Shown: positions 29,692-40,641, counted from the stretch's first letter. The stretch is DNA of 64,000 nt from Promethearchaeia archaeon (GCA_029856105.1 JAHQWH010000210.1:1-64000), one strand, 5' to 3'. Translations and numbers: made by a program. The notes: generated by a model not told the origin, from the sequence alone.

Positions 29692-30321
29692 TCAAATAGA
29701 ATTGACATTTTTACCTATTAATAACCACATTGTATGACATTCTGTATCTTTAGAATAGTTTTTGTGAAAATATTCAAATAGGTCAACAATATTCAAAAAT
29801 TTAAAGTCCTCCCGAAGCTCCTCTTCTGAACAGAAATGAATGAAGAACTCACTTTGAAATGAATTTGGATCATTTTTTACGGATACGCCTTTTCCATAAT
29901 ATTGTTTATCATTTGAGGAAAGTGTACTCAAGAAAAAAAAACCATTTGTTTTTAAAATCTTCTTGATTTTAAGAAAAAATGTGGTTCTATCAGCTATATT
30001 AAAGAAATGGTACACACCTGAAATGTAAATTATATCATATTGAGTATCATCTAAATCCTTCCAATCCATGCATTCAAATGTGACATTATCTTTGTTTGAA
30101 TTAAGCTCAATTGCATTTTCTATAGCTTTTAATGAAATATCAATTCCTTGTATTATGAGATTATCTAAATTCGAAGATAAAAAGTCGATATCGCGTCCAT
30201 CGCCACATCCAATGTCTAGAAATGTGAATTGATTAGATTTAATCAATTTTTTTTGAAGAAAACTTAAAGCTACACTAGCAGTTTTACTAACTTTATCATC
30301 GCCACTTGGTATATGGTTCAT
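29692..30321 (-). CDS. Class I SAM-dependent methyltransferase
   Basis: LDIGCGDGRD, GIDIS, YHF, LKTNG. Confidence 0.85.
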   Translation of the reverse strand: MNHIPSGDDKVSKTASVALSFLQKKLIKSNQFTFLDIGCGDGRDIDFLSSNLDNLIIQGIDISLKAIENAIELNSNKDNVTFECMDWKDLDDTQYDIIYISGVYHFFNIADRTTFFLKIKKILKTNGFFFLSTLSSNDKQYYGKGVSVKNDPNSFQSEFFIHFCSEEELREDFKFLNIVDLFEYFHKNYSKDTECHTMWLLIGKNVNSI

Positions 30322-30406
30322 ACATTTACTTAATCAAAGGAGAGTTAAAAAATTGAATGAAAAACTTGGCATTTATTTTGTAAGACTTTGCATTTATTTG
30401 GAAAAT

Positions 30407-30820
30407 TTAGCATTTATTTTGGAAATTCACAGGTTTAAAATCTAAAGAAATTGAATTGATACAATATCGTAATCCTTTGGGTTTAGGACCGTCGTCAAAT
30501 ACATGCCCCAAATGACCTCCACATTTGTTGCATAATACTTCCTCTCTTTCCAGGTCTAAACTGAGATCTGGCTTTATATCGACGTCTTTATCGCTTATAG
30601 GAACTGAAAAGCTAGGCCAACCGCAACCAGATTCAAATTGGGCGTTTGAATCAAATAGAGGCCCCCCACACCCAGCACAATAATAAACGCCTTTTTCGCG
30701 ATTATTCCAATATTTTCCTGAGAATGGTCGTTCGGTTCCTTTTAACCTTAACACGCGATACTGTTCTTTAGTTAATTTTTGCTTCCATTCGTCTTCAGAT
30801 TTAGAATCTTTCGCTGTCAT
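30407..30820 (-). CDS. msrB: Peptide-methionine (R)-S-oxide reductase
   Basis: GTERPF, CAGC, SGCGWPSF, CNKCGGHLGHVFDDGP, RYCINS; start placed at ATG 30820. Confidence 0.95.
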   Translation of the reverse strand: MTAKDSKSEDEWKQKLTKEQYRVLRLKGTERPFSGKYWNNREKGVYYCAGCGGPLFDSNAQFESGCGWPSFSVPISDKDVDIKPDLSLDLEREEVLCNKCGGHLGHVFDDGPKPKGLRYCINSISLDFKPVNFQNKC

Positions 30821-31038
30821 AACAATAAAAGAGTAAAATGTAGATTTAATATACTTAGTGGTTATATCCACTTAATTAAATTCATATTCTATTAACAAAA
30901 AGAAGTTGAAAATTAAAAAAAGTGTTTGAAATATTATTCGAGCACTTAAATAGTTCTTTAAGTATCAAAATTTTTATTTGGTTTCTATTTTTATAATTAT
31001 CAATAATATACCTAAAAAAGCAAAAAAGAGAATTAAAA

Positions 31039-32127
31039 ATGCTTGATCCTTGGGGTTCCTCTGGTCCTACAAACGATGAGGATTACGAGAGAATAAAAAG
31101 AGAGTTTGGAATTGAAGAGATTGACGAATTAGTTCGCCAAAAATTAATTAGAAATAGATTTATTCGGAGAAAAATCATTTTTGGGCATCGTGATTTGGGT
31201 TTAGTATTAAATGCAATCGAAAAAAAACAACCATGGGCTGTAATGAGTGGAATAAAACCATCTGGGCCATTTCATCTAGGAACCTCAACTACTGCCTTAG
31301 AAATTATTGAATTTCAAAAAATGGGAGGGAAGGCGTATTATTGTATAGCAGATATTGAATCTTGGGAGGATAATGGAATTACGTACAAAGAGGCGGAACC
31401 AATTGCTGTTGATAATCTTGCAGACATATTAGCACTTGGTTTAGATCCTTCGCCTGATAAAGCATATATTTGGAGGCAATCAAAAGAACCTATTGTTAAA
31501 GATGTATGCTTTAAAGTAAGTAGATTAGTAACTCAAAACATGTTAAAGGCAATTTATGGAGAGAAGACATTTGGGCTTTATTTATCCGCGCTAGTTCAAA
31601 CCGGAGATATTATAATTCCTCAAATTTTAGAGGGGCCACAACCAGTTATAGTCCCCGTAGGGATCGATCAAGATCCACACATAAGACTTACTAGAGATCT
31701 TACGCGACGATATTACAAAACATTTTTCATACCAGGAGCTACTTATCATTATTTATTGGCAGGCATAGACGGATCAGAAAAAATGGCAAAAAGAAATCCT
31801 AATAGTTATTTTACATTTAACGAACCTTTAGAATCTATAGAGAGAAAGGTTAAAGGAGCTCTTACGGGTGGACGTAAAAACAAGAAGGAACAACAAGAAC
31901 TTGGCGGTGAACCTAAAAATTGTATGATTTATAAAATGTTAATGTACCACTTTGAAGATGATGATGCGGTTTTAGCTGATGAATTTGAAAGGTGCATTAA
32001 AGGTGAGTTAATGTGCGGAGAGCATAAAGCACAATGCGCCGAAAAGGTTTTGAAATTTATTAAACAACATCAAAAGAAAAAGGAAAAACTAATTGATAAA
32101 GCTAGAGAGCTTTTAGATATCGAATAG
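31039..32127 (+). CDS. trpS: Tryptophanyl-tRNA synthetase (archaeal type)
   Basis: DPW N-terminus, RRKIIFGHRD, SGIKPSG, PVGIDQDPHIRLTRD, ALTGG, CGEHK. Confidence 0.9.
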   Translation: MLDPWGSSGPTNDEDYERIKREFGIEEIDELVRQKLIRNRFIRRKIIFGHRDLGLVLNAIEKKQPWAVMSGIKPSGPFHLGTSTTALEIIEFQKMGGKAYYCIADIESWEDNGITYKEAEPIAVDNLADILALGLDPSPDKAYIWRQSKEPIVKDVCFKVSRLVTQNMLKAIYGEKTFGLYLSALVQTGDIIIPQILEGPQPVIVPVGIDQDPHIRLTRDLTRRYYKTFFIPGATYHYLLAGIDGSEKMAKRNPNSYFTFNEPLESIERKVKGALTGGRKNKKEQQELGGEPKNCMIYKMLMYHFEDDDAVLADEFERCIKGELMCGEHKAQCAEKVLKFIKQHQKKKEKLIDKARELLDIE

Positions 32128-32171
32128 TTCTTAATTCCCTACCTACTATATGATGTAGATTTTGTGGAAAT

Positions 32172-33098
32172 CTATAATAAAGCTTTTAAAATCTCTGTTA
32201 AATCAGAAAGGAAATCTGAAACTTTTTCTATAAATTGTTCTTTTAATTTTTCTTTCATAACAACTGAGACAAATAAAGATTCTTCTTTGAGTTTTATTCG
32301 ATGTAGATATGATATTAATTCATTTCCAATCGTTGAAAAGGTAGAATCAGTCTCATAAGTTTCCTCTTGCATTCTTTTAAGTAAAAAGAGGTGTTCCTTA
32401 ATCGATTCGAGAAGTTCAATGTATATTTCTGGTTCTATAACATCGTTGTAGAACTCACTCATAATAATACCGTTTTTATCGAATACTATTAACGACTTAC
32501 TATCGAATTCCTTGATGTACTTTTCTAAAAGCTCAGAAAGTTCAAAGAATTTTTCATCAAATACTGATAACCCATAAGAAATAAGTTGAACTATTGAAAT
32601 AATATCGTAAATTGATGTTTGTTGGAATAAGATTTTAAATGAGTGATATTTTTTTAGAATATTTTCTCTTAATTCTTCAATCTGATCAACCATTTCCTCG
32701 TTCCCACGAAATTCGGGGTCGAATTTATGAAAGCTAATTAATAAAGGAACATCCATTTTATGCTTCTTGAAATTATGCAAAATCATATCTAAATAAGCGA
32801 GAGTAGTTCCAATTCTTTCCGTATCTTGAATGTCAATGATATATACTAGCAAATCAGTATCCGCAAAATAAAGCTCTTGCTTCTCTTGATATAACTTTCG
32901 ATATTGCTCTTGCCCACCCATATCCCAAAATACAATTCTGTTATTTAGAAACTCGGTTGCTTGATATTCAACTCTAATCGTTGGCGTAAGGGAAATTATA
33001 TCTTTATGAAAGTCATATTTCTTATTTAACGCTGTTAATATCGATGTTTTACCCGCGTTATCTAAACCAGCTATAATTATCTTGATAAATCGTTCCAT
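32172..33098 (-). CDS. Arf/Rag-like small GTPase with C-terminal roadblock/longin-like domain
   Basis: GLDNAGKTS, PT, WDMGGQ, HKFD, TSI; C-terminal SLIVFDKNGIIMSEF. Confidence 0.88.
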   Translation of the reverse strand: MERFIKIIIAGLDNAGKTSILTALNKKYDFHKDIISLTPTIRVEYQATEFLNNRIVFWDMGGQEQYRKLYQEKQELYFADTDLLVYIIDIQDTERIGTTLAYLDMILHNFKKHKMDVPLLISFHKFDPEFRGNEEMVDQIEELRENILKKYHSFKILFQQTSIYDIISIVQLISYGLSVFDEKFFELSELLEKYIKEFDSKSLIVFDKNGIIMSEFYNDVIEPEIYIELLESIKEHLFLLKRMQEETYETDSTFSTIGNELISYLHRIKLKEESLFVSVVMKEKLKEQFIEKVSDFLSDLTEILKALL

Positions 33099-33358
33099 TC
33101 TTATAAACCAATACTTATTGTAAAAACTTATTAAAAAATATCGATAAAACCTTTTTTAAACGAAGTTTATAATGAAATTTTTTAATAGTAAGTGAAATTC
33201 ATTATTTTTAATCTTATGGTCTTTTTCAATTTTGCCTCTAATTCGTACCAATTTCTCAAATTTCTAATATTACTTGAAAAATACATACATGACACTTTTA
33301 TTTTATAATAAGAACTATTTTAATTTCGTTAAATAGTAATTTATAAAAGTGGATTGAA

Positions 33359-33580
33359 TTGAACGAAGAGGAAAACCAATTTTTGGAATTTTTACATTAT
33401 CAAATAAACCAGAAAAATAAATTTGAGAACGTGGTACGAAAGATTCCCATGTTTAAAAGCATGATACAAGATGGTCATAAAACTATCTTAAAGATGATAG
33501 ATAAATTCGAAAATATTCGCCGCCGAGAAACATATGACAAGTTAGTGCACGAATTTAATAATATGAACCAAAAAAATTAA
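33359..33580 (+). CDS. Hypothetical small protein
   Basis: 73-aa ORF with TTG start filling an intergenic gap. Confidence 0.55.
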   Translation: MNEEENQFLEFLHYQINQKNKFENVVRKIPMFKSMIQDGHKTILKMIDKFENIRRRETYDKLVHEFNNMNQKN

Positions 33581-33607
33581 TTATTTTTTACTTTTATTAT
33601 TTCACAA

Positions 33608-34030
33608 TTATTCTCCTATAATGGAACAGTAAATTTTTCTATGCCTAGATTTTTCGTCATTTTCAACGAAAATTACATTTTGCCAACTCCCTAGTATTAA
33701 TTCCTCGTTTTTGAATGGAAATGTTTGAGATGTTTTAAGGAGAAAACTCCTTAAATGACCGGCACCGTTATGATCGTGCCATGTTTTATGATGTGCATAA
33801 TTTTTATCGTATGGAATTAGTTTTTCAAGTAGATCTTTAATATCATGCTTAACAATCCCGGGCTCATACTCAGTTGTGGAAATAGCTCCAGTAGATCCGG
33901 CAACATGTACGTTTACAATTCCATCTTTCAATCCACTTCTCTCAACCGCACTTTGAACTTGAGGTGTAATATTTATTACATCGCAATAAGCTTTCGTTTT
34001 TATTTCAAATGTTTCTAATACAACCGTCAC
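33608..34030 (-). CDS. YjbQ / UPF0047 family protein
   Basis: GSTGAISTTEYEPG, HNGAGHLRS, LGSWQ, END. Confidence 0.9.
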   Translation of the reverse strand: MTVVLETFEIKTKAYCDVINITPQVQSAVERSGLKDGIVNVHVAGSTGAISTTEYEPGIVKHDIKDLLEKLIPYDKNYAHHKTWHDHNGAGHLRSFLLKTSQTFPFKNEELILGSWQNVIFVENDEKSRHRKIYCSIIGE

Positions 34031-34129
34031 GATTTCTTCTCCTTTTTCTTTCTTTTCAATAATAAATTTAATTAATTATCTTAATTTAAGCTATTTATAA
34101 CTTAGCACTTTTTATCGTTTTGAATCAAA

Positions 34130-34549
34130 ATGAATGACAAGCTAAAGGAATTTTTAAAAAAAATACACGATCCTAAAAATAATCTTCCAATTTATGCTAC
34201 AATAATTGTACGCCCCGGTAAGAACATACTTGAATTCAAAATTAAAAAAGAAGAAGCAAATATTTTAAAAATAATTGCTCACGAAGAAAAAACTACAGGC
34301 TGGTTTACTCATTCTTTTCATATCCCAATAAAAAATTTAGGACTTTCGGTTGACTCTAAAAATAAAGATATTCTAGCACATTTATCTAATCCAAACAAGA
34401 TACCAACTAAAGCAACCAAAGCTTATGTTGAAGATATTTTAAGGAACTACATTGATATTTTACCTGAGAAAAAGAAACACTACTTTAAAACACAGAGGTA
34501 TAAGAAAAAGAAAGAAATGCAAACTGGCGTTAAATTAAAAGGATTTTAA
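34130..34549 (+). CDS. Hypothetical basic protein
   Basis: 139-aa Lys-rich ORF; no family recognised. Confidence 0.7.
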   Translation: MNDKLKEFLKKIHDPKNNLPIYATIIVRPGKNILEFKIKKEEANILKIIAHEEKTTGWFTHSFHIPIKNLGLSVDSKNKDILAHLSNPNKIPTKATKAYVEDILRNYIDILPEKKKHYFKTQRYKKKKEMQTGVKLKGF

Positions 34550-34888
34550 TTATTTTATTTTGCTCCTTGGCGGGATAACTTTTCCATTTCGCTCATCTAT
34601 TTTTAACAAAAAAGGTTCGTTATTAAAATCCGCAGCTAAAAGCATTCCTTGGCTTTCTAAGCCCATAATTTTTTTTGATTTAAGATTCGTTAAGATAACA
34701 ATCTTCTCGTTAACTAATTCCTCTGGCGAATAATAGCTGGAAATTCCTGTTATAATCTGTCTCAACTTATCCTCTCCACAATCTACTGTTAGTCTATAAA
34801 GAGTCTTAGACTTTGTAATACATTCACAAGTTTTAATTAATCCGACTTTTAAATCTAATTTAGTAAAATCTTTGTAATCAATTACCAT
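34550..34888 (-). CDS. tRNA-binding OB-fold protein (Trbp111 / MetRS C-terminal-like)
   Basis: DFTKLDLKVG, RQIITGI, NLK..KIMGLESQGMLLAA. Confidence 0.9.
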   Translation of the reverse strand: MVIDYKDFTKLDLKVGLIKTCECITKSKTLYRLTVDCGEDKLRQIITGISSYYSPEELVNEKIVILTNLKSKKIMGLESQGMLLAADFNNEPFLLKIDERNGKVIPPRSKIK

Positions 34889-34894
34889 TATTTA

Positions 34895-35761
34895 TCAACC
34901 TCGTAAGGGCATTCCATTCAATTCGACGAACTCGTCTCGCTTTGGTTTTTTTTCTCGATATGGATTTCTAACATCTTGAATTTTTCTAGCAAATGTCATG
35001 TAGCCCGTATGCCCAATCATTCGAACTTCAGGATGAGTTGCATTTTCTTTCACTTGAAATTTTCTTTTACTCAATTCGTATGTATTTATTTCATAAAATC
35101 CGTTTTCTTGTAGAGCAAAAGTTGTTTTTTTAACTTGTTCTATAGCAGGTGAAAATGACACAAAGGTTCCACTAAGTTTTAGATAACTCTTAATTTTTTC
35201 AACAGCCTTCCAGGGTTGTGGCATATCTAAAACAACTGAGTCAACATTAGTATGGCCAAGATCGTCATTTAAAATATCTCCGAATTGGATTGAGACAAAA
35301 TCTTGTAAATTTGCGTTAATAACATTCCTTTGAGCTCGTTTTAGACTTTTTTCTCTGATATCATACGAAAATATATGTCCCTCTGGTCTCACATAATTTC
35401 CTAAAATACATGTTAATGCTCCCGAACCACACCCAGCTTCAACAACCTTACTGCCCGGACCAATCCCTGTGTATATTAAAATTAATCCTGCGTCTTCCGG
35501 ATAAATTATTTGAGTTTTACGGCTCATGTAAGTTACATAATCAGAAGGTAAAGGTTTAAAAATGTAAAATTTATATCCTTGAGTTTCATAAGGTCGAGAA
35601 AAGATTACAGAACCAAAAGATTTTCCTATTAGATCATCAAACTTTATGATTCCTTTATGTGTGTGGAATTCCCCCCCAGATTCTACCTTGACCAACCACT
35701 TCCTTCGGTCATCAAGAATTAGGTAGATTAAATCATTTTCTTTTATTATCTCTTCAGTCAT
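34895..35761 (-). CDS. trmI: tRNA (adenine-N1)-methyltransferase (m1A57/58)
   Basis: HTHKG, TQIIYPED, EAGCGSGALT, LDMPQPW, HTGY. Confidence 0.93.
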   Translation of the reverse strand: MTEEIIKENDLIYLILDDRRKWLVKVESGGEFHTHKGIIKFDDLIGKSFGSVIFSRPYETQGYKFYIFKPLPSDYVTYMSRKTQIIYPEDAGLILIYTGIGPGSKVVEAGCGSGALTCILGNYVRPEGHIFSYDIREKSLKRAQRNVINANLQDFVSIQFGDILNDDLGHTNVDSVVLDMPQPWKAVEKIKSYLKLSGTFVSFSPAIEQVKKTTFALQENGFYEINTYELSKRKFQVKENATHPEVRMIGHTGYMTFARKIQDVRNPYREKKPKRDEFVELNGMPLRG

Positions 35762-35955
35762 AATTAATCTCTTTTCTAAAACTCTAGTTTTTCCAATAAT
35801 ATTTAAATTGTTCTAATAATTTCGGCGCCATTAATTTTACAAAATTGTATCTTTTTTATAACATTTAACAAAAAATATAAAATATATGCATAATTGATAG
35901 AATCTATCATTGTTTATGTAACCTTTTTTATAAATACTCGTTAATGATTTAATCT

Positions 35956-36876
35956 ATGAGTAGTGCCAACAAAAATACATCTCAAATTTCAAAAATCTCT
36001 TTTAAAGAACTTCAAATTCAAATTGAAGAATTTAGGCAAAAACGAGATGATTTAAACAAAAAAACTAAAAAATATATTACCGAATTACAAGAAATTGACG
36101 GTAAAATCGAGGACTACTTAAAAGTTGTGAAAGATGATTATAAGAAAAAGCGCGATTATTGGAACGATAAGGTAAAGAAATTAAAAGACAAAAAAATAGA
36201 ATACAAGCAATTATTAGATAAATGCATCGATGAAGGAAAAGTCCTTTTGAAAAAAAGCAAAAAGGGAAAAGATACAAAGAAATTTATCTCTATTAAACAA
36301 ATCGATAAGAAGATAGATAATCTTGAAAGAAGAATTGAAATTGAAAATTTAGAGATTGTAGAAGAAAATGCAATTGTTGACAAAATTAGAGAATTAGCTA
36401 AAATTAAACATGACTTCTTTGATGAGCAACAGAACAGTGATTACCTTAGAATTGAGCGTAAAATCAAAATTGTTAAAATTAATTTAAATAAGATTTATGA
36501 GCAACTAAGTAAATGGTCTAATAAATCTCAAAATTACCATGCCAAAATGCATGAAACCTATGAAACAATTAACGAATTAAGAGAGAAAAAGAAAACTCTT
36601 GAAGAAGAGTTGATCGAAAATAAAAAAGCAGCAGACGGATACCACGAACAATTATTGCGAGTTATGGATAAGAGAAAAAAAATATCAAAAGGAAAACGAC
36701 CAAATTATTCCACTAAAAGTAAGTCAAAAACGCCGTATAGAAAGAATACAAGAAAAAACTATGAGCTTGAAAAGTTAAAGCGAGACAAACTAGCTGTTGC
36801 GTTAGAAAAACAAAAGGCGGGTAAAAAACTAAACCTTTTTGAAGCTCGATTAATCCTCGAGCAACCTAAAGATTAA
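35956..36876 (+). CDS. Archaeal coiled-coil protein (COG1340-like)
   Basis: Heptad-rich; KRDDLN, EENAIVDKI, ADGYH, C-terminal GKKLNLFE. Confidence 0.75.
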   Translation: MSSANKNTSQISKISFKELQIQIEEFRQKRDDLNKKTKKYITELQEIDGKIEDYLKVVKDDYKKKRDYWNDKVKKLKDKKIEYKQLLDKCIDEGKVLLKKSKKGKDTKKFISIKQIDKKIDNLERRIEIENLEIVEENAIVDKIRELAKIKHDFFDEQQNSDYLRIERKIKIVKINLNKIYEQLSKWSNKSQNYHAKMHETYETINELREKKKTLEEELIENKKAADGYHEQLLRVMDKRKKISKGKRPNYSTKSKSKTPYRKNTRKNYELEKLKRDKLAVALEKQKAGKKLNLFEARLILEQPKD

Positions 36877-37137
36877 TTTAAGATTTAGGTTAAAAATTAT
36901 TCATTGTTATGATTACTTTTAATTGATTATGGAACAAATTCATAAATAGATTTATTTTTTCACTTTGTTTATCTTAATTTTCTAAATATTTTTTTGACAA
37001 ATCTAATTGTAATATAATCCAAATTTCAAACATATAGATAAAGTTCTTAGAAATTTGTCGTAAGATTTAAAATTATTTGCATTTTATTATAATTCAATAA
37101 CTACTTTAAAATTCCAAAAAAAAAGATTTGATAAAAT

Positions 37138-38466
37138 TTGAAAAAGAAAGCCGAAGAAATTAGAAATATATTAATTAAACATGGTGAGTTCTTTCAAAAT
37201 GCAATTCCACTCATAGCTTCCGAAAATATCACTAGTCCTGCCGTAGATGAAGCTTGTAATTCTGATTTTTCTCATAGATACGCAGAGGGGTGGGTTGGAC
37301 AACGCGTTTACGCGGGATGTAAATATATCGATATGGTTGAAGACATCTGTATGGAACTTGCAAAGGAATATTTTAAATGCGTCCATGCCGATGTAAGGCC
37401 TATTTCGGGCGTTGTTGCTAACCTAGCAATGTATAACGCATTTACATCAGATAATAATGGTAAAATGTTAATAATGCCAATTCCAAAGGGGGGGCACATC
37501 TCTCACGCACCCAAATTCACAAAAAGTGGGATGGCAATTTATGGAACTGCGGGAACCGTACGAGGGTTGAATATTGAATACATGGCTTTTGATAACGACG
37601 AGATGAACATAGATCCTGATGCAACTGCAAAAATTATAAGGGAGGTTAAACCCGAAATGGTTTTATTTGGTGGTTCAGTGTTTCTTTTTCCCCATCCTGT
37701 CAAGGAACTTAGTGATGTAGCAAAAGAAGTGGGCGCTAATGTAGGTTATGACGCTGCTCATGTGGCAGGCTTGATTGGTTCAGGTTACTTTCAAGATCCT
37801 TTGAATGAAGGGGCGGATGCAATGACGTTAAGCACGCATAAGACCCTTCCAGGGCCTCAACATGGCGCTCTTCTATCAAATCGAGAAGATTTAATCGATA
37901 CATTAAGATTGTGTACCTTTCCTGCTTTATTATCTAACCATCACTTACATAACGTGGCTGGATTAGCTATAACATTAGCGGAAATGCTAGAATTTGGTAG
38001 AGAATATCATAAAAATGTTATTGATAACGCTAAAGCTTTAGGTCAAGCTTTATATGAAAGGGGTATAAATGTAATAATGGAACATAAAGGTTTCACGGAA
38101 TCTCATCAAATAGTTGTCGATATAACTAATTTTGAGAAAACTATAGGTTTAGGAGGAGATATTGAAAGATTAGTAGAAGAAGCAAATATCGTCATTAATA
38201 GAAACCTCTTACCGTGGGATATCGCGCAAGGACGTCACTATCAAAACCCAGGCGGTTTAAGATTAGGAACTTCAGAAGTTACCCGTCTTGGAATGGGCAA
38301 AAGTGAAATGGTAGATATAGCAGAATTTTTCAAAGATTTGTTGATTGACAAAAAGGATCCTAAGAAAGTCAAACAAGATGTATTGGAGTTTAGAAAAGAT
38401 TTTCAAGAAATTAAGTATTGTTTTCAATCTCCAAATAAAGCGCATGAATACATGAAATTTTACTAA
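37138..38466 (+). CDS. glyA: Serine hydroxymethyltransferase
   Basis: LIASEN, RYAEG, GGHISH, DAAH, STHKTLPGPQ (PLP lysine), GLRLGT. Confidence 0.96.
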   Translation: MKKKAEEIRNILIKHGEFFQNAIPLIASENITSPAVDEACNSDFSHRYAEGWVGQRVYAGCKYIDMVEDICMELAKEYFKCVHADVRPISGVVANLAMYNAFTSDNNGKMLIMPIPKGGHISHAPKFTKSGMAIYGTAGTVRGLNIEYMAFDNDEMNIDPDATAKIIREVKPEMVLFGGSVFLFPHPVKELSDVAKEVGANVGYDAAHVAGLIGSGYFQDPLNEGADAMTLSTHKTLPGPQHGALLSNREDLIDTLRLCTFPALLSNHHLHNVAGLAITLAEMLEFGREYHKNVIDNAKALGQALYERGINVIMEHKGFTESHQIVVDITNFEKTIGLGGDIERLVEEANIVINRNLLPWDIAQGRHYQNPGGLRLGTSEVTRLGMGKSEMVDIAEFFKDLLIDKKDPKKVKQDVLEFRKDFQEIKYCFQSPNKAHEYMKFY

Positions 38467-38666
38467 TTATTTTTTTATTTTATAAATGTTTAATTACTCA
38501 AGACTTAATTCCATTTCTTTGTCTGAATTCCCCGAGTATTAGTCTTTTATCATTTTAAAACCTTTTTGATTGTAAACTTCTAAACACATTTTTCAATATG
38601 CGAAAATATTTATAAAGCAATTTAAAATAATATAACTTATAATGAAATCCGGGTTATAATGAAATT

Positions 38667-39650
38667 ATGATCTCTAATCAACAAGATAATATTGAAGATT
38701 ATTATATTTGGACAAATAAATTCACAAAAGTTTATGGAACTGGTACAAAAAGAATAGTAGCTGTAGATGGAATTGATTTTAGTATGAAATCAGGAGTTCA
38801 TGGATTTTTAGGCCCAAATGGTGCTGGAAAGACATCAACAATTAACATGTTAATTGGAGCTATTTCAATTACTGAAGGAGATGCTTTCCTAATGGGTAAA
38901 AAGGCTGGTACTAAAAAAGCTAGAGAATTTATAGGATTTCTTCCACAAGATCCTGCTTTTTATGAAAAACTTTCGGGATTAGAATATCTAATTTTTTTAG
39001 CACGTTTGAATTCGATTCCTAAAAACATTGCAAAACAAAAAGCACTGAATTTACTGAAGTTTTTTGATTTGATGGAAGAAAAGGATAGGAAAATCAAGAC
39101 TTATTCTATGGGCATGAAACAGAAAATTGGATTAGCAGCCGGATTAATACATAATCCTAAACTCTTAATTTTAGATGAACCTACTAGCAACTTAGACCCT
39201 CTCGTAAGAAAAAAAATTATTGATTATGTGAGGAAAATCTCAAAAGATATGAGTATTTTTATTTCAAGTCATGTACTTTCTGAAGTCGAACAAATGTGTG
39301 ATAGAGTCACCATCATCAATAAGGGGAAGATCATATTAACTGATACTGTACAAAATGTTAAAAATTGGTTTTCTAGTTCTACTAATCTCTATGTAATTGA
39401 TACCAATTCTAATGAGACATTCCTATCCGTGATTAAAGGATTAGAAATGGTTACAAATGCTTGGATTGATGAAAAAGAAAAAAAAATTTATATCAATACT
39501 AATGATGTCAAACAATTTCAAAAGGAAATACCAAAATTAATTATCGAAAAGGAATTAATTCTAAAATCTTTTTATCAACCCGAATCAAGTCTTCAAGATG
39601 TATTTTTGGAAATTATAAATAAGGACGAGGGAAAACATAATGGGTTATAA
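38667..39650 (+). CDS. ABC transporter ATP-binding subunit
   Basis: GPNGAGKT, YSMGMKQK, ILDEPT, SSH. Confidence 0.94.
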   Translation: MISNQQDNIEDYYIWTNKFTKVYGTGTKRIVAVDGIDFSMKSGVHGFLGPNGAGKTSTINMLIGAISITEGDAFLMGKKAGTKKAREFIGFLPQDPAFYEKLSGLEYLIFLARLNSIPKNIAKQKALNLLKFFDLMEEKDRKIKTYSMGMKQKIGLAAGLIHNPKLLILDEPTSNLDPLVRKKIIDYVRKISKDMSIFISSHVLSEVEQMCDRVTIINKGKIILTDTVQNVKNWFSSSTNLYVIDTNSNETFLSVIKGLEMVTNAWIDEKEKKIYINTNDVKQFQKEIPKLIIEKELILKSFYQPESSLQDVFLEIINKDEGKHNGL

Positions 39651-40641
39651 AATTATAAGAGCTGAAATGGGGGAAGAAACAACGAATAATGTAAATATGA
39701 AGGGCGAGAAATCGGGGAAAATAATGAATTTAACAACAACAACAGCCGTTATTCTTTTTAAAAAAACATTATTTAAAGACATGTTTAAAATTCCTAAAGT
39801 ACTCGTTTCTATCTTTCTCATGATTTTTGGTCCTTTAATGGCTATTCTTACTATTCCTACAGGTATTGAATTTTATTACAATTCATTAAATGATTTTCTT
39901 GGTTTAACTTATAGCTTTTACACATACTGTATGATGTTTCCAATTATACTTACTGTTGTTGGTGCTCCCCTTATTGCAGAAGAGTTGAAATCTGGAACAA
40001 TGTTAACACTCATAAGTAAACCAATTTCAAGAGGAGGAATTTTGATTACAAAATATTTAGCACTTACTTGTTTCGGGTTTTTAATTAATATAGTATCGTT
40101 ATCTCTAATAACATTAATCGCTCCATTGAAATATGCCTTTGAGGGTGTAGCAGATTTCTTCATTATAAATCTACTCTTTTCTCTAATAATTCAATTCTTC
40201 TTTCAGAGCATCGCATTTAGTTTTTCTTGTTTATTTAAAAAGACACGAAATGCAATATTAATGCCTTTATTGATTATTATTATTACTTTTTTTGTATTAA
40301 TGACTTTTCGACCTCTATTTATGTATATGTATTTGGATGATAGTGAAGTTCCAATATATATCCAATTTCAATTGTTCCATTTTGATTTGGGCTATCATTT
40401 GTTTAATGCATATATAGGGCTTATAAATATCATTTCAGGGGGGGTTTCTGAGAATATGATGTATTTCCTTTACATGTTTGGTTTATATACTCAAGAAATT
40501 GATTTTGACACATGGGAGTACACTTTTACTCGCAATGATTTTTATTCACCTTTAGGATCCTTAATTTTTTTACTCTCAATAGCTATTGGGTTAATGTTTT
40601 TAGGATACTTCCTCTTTAAAAAGCGAGATATCTCGAGATAA
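39640..40641 (+). CDS. ABC-2 type permease
   Basis: IAEELKSGT...SKPISR, several TM segments, C-terminal FKKRDI. Confidence 0.88.
   Translation: MGYKIIRAEMGEETTNNVNMKGEKSGKIMNLTTTTAVILFKKTLFKDMFKIPKVLVSIFLMIFGPLMAILTIPTGIEFYYNSLNDFLGLTYSFYTYCMMFPIILTVVGAPLIAEELKSGTMLTLISKPISRGGILITKYLALTCFGFLINIVSLSLITLIAPLKYAFEGVADFFIINLLFSLIIQFFFQSIAFSFSCLFKKTRNAILMPLLIIIITFFVLMTFRPLFMYMYLDDSEVPIYIQFQLFHFDLGYHLFNAYIGLINIISGGVSENMMYFLYMFGLYTQEIDFDTWEYTFTRNDFYSPLGSLIFLLSIAIGLMFLGYFLFKKRDISR

Noticed and set aside
38495-38546. Two short complementary pairs (TACTC/GAGTA, AAGACT/AGTCTT) in pseudoknot order downstream of glyA
   Set aside because: Stems of 5-6 bp are expected by chance, and a position 3' of glyA does not fit a folate riboswitch.
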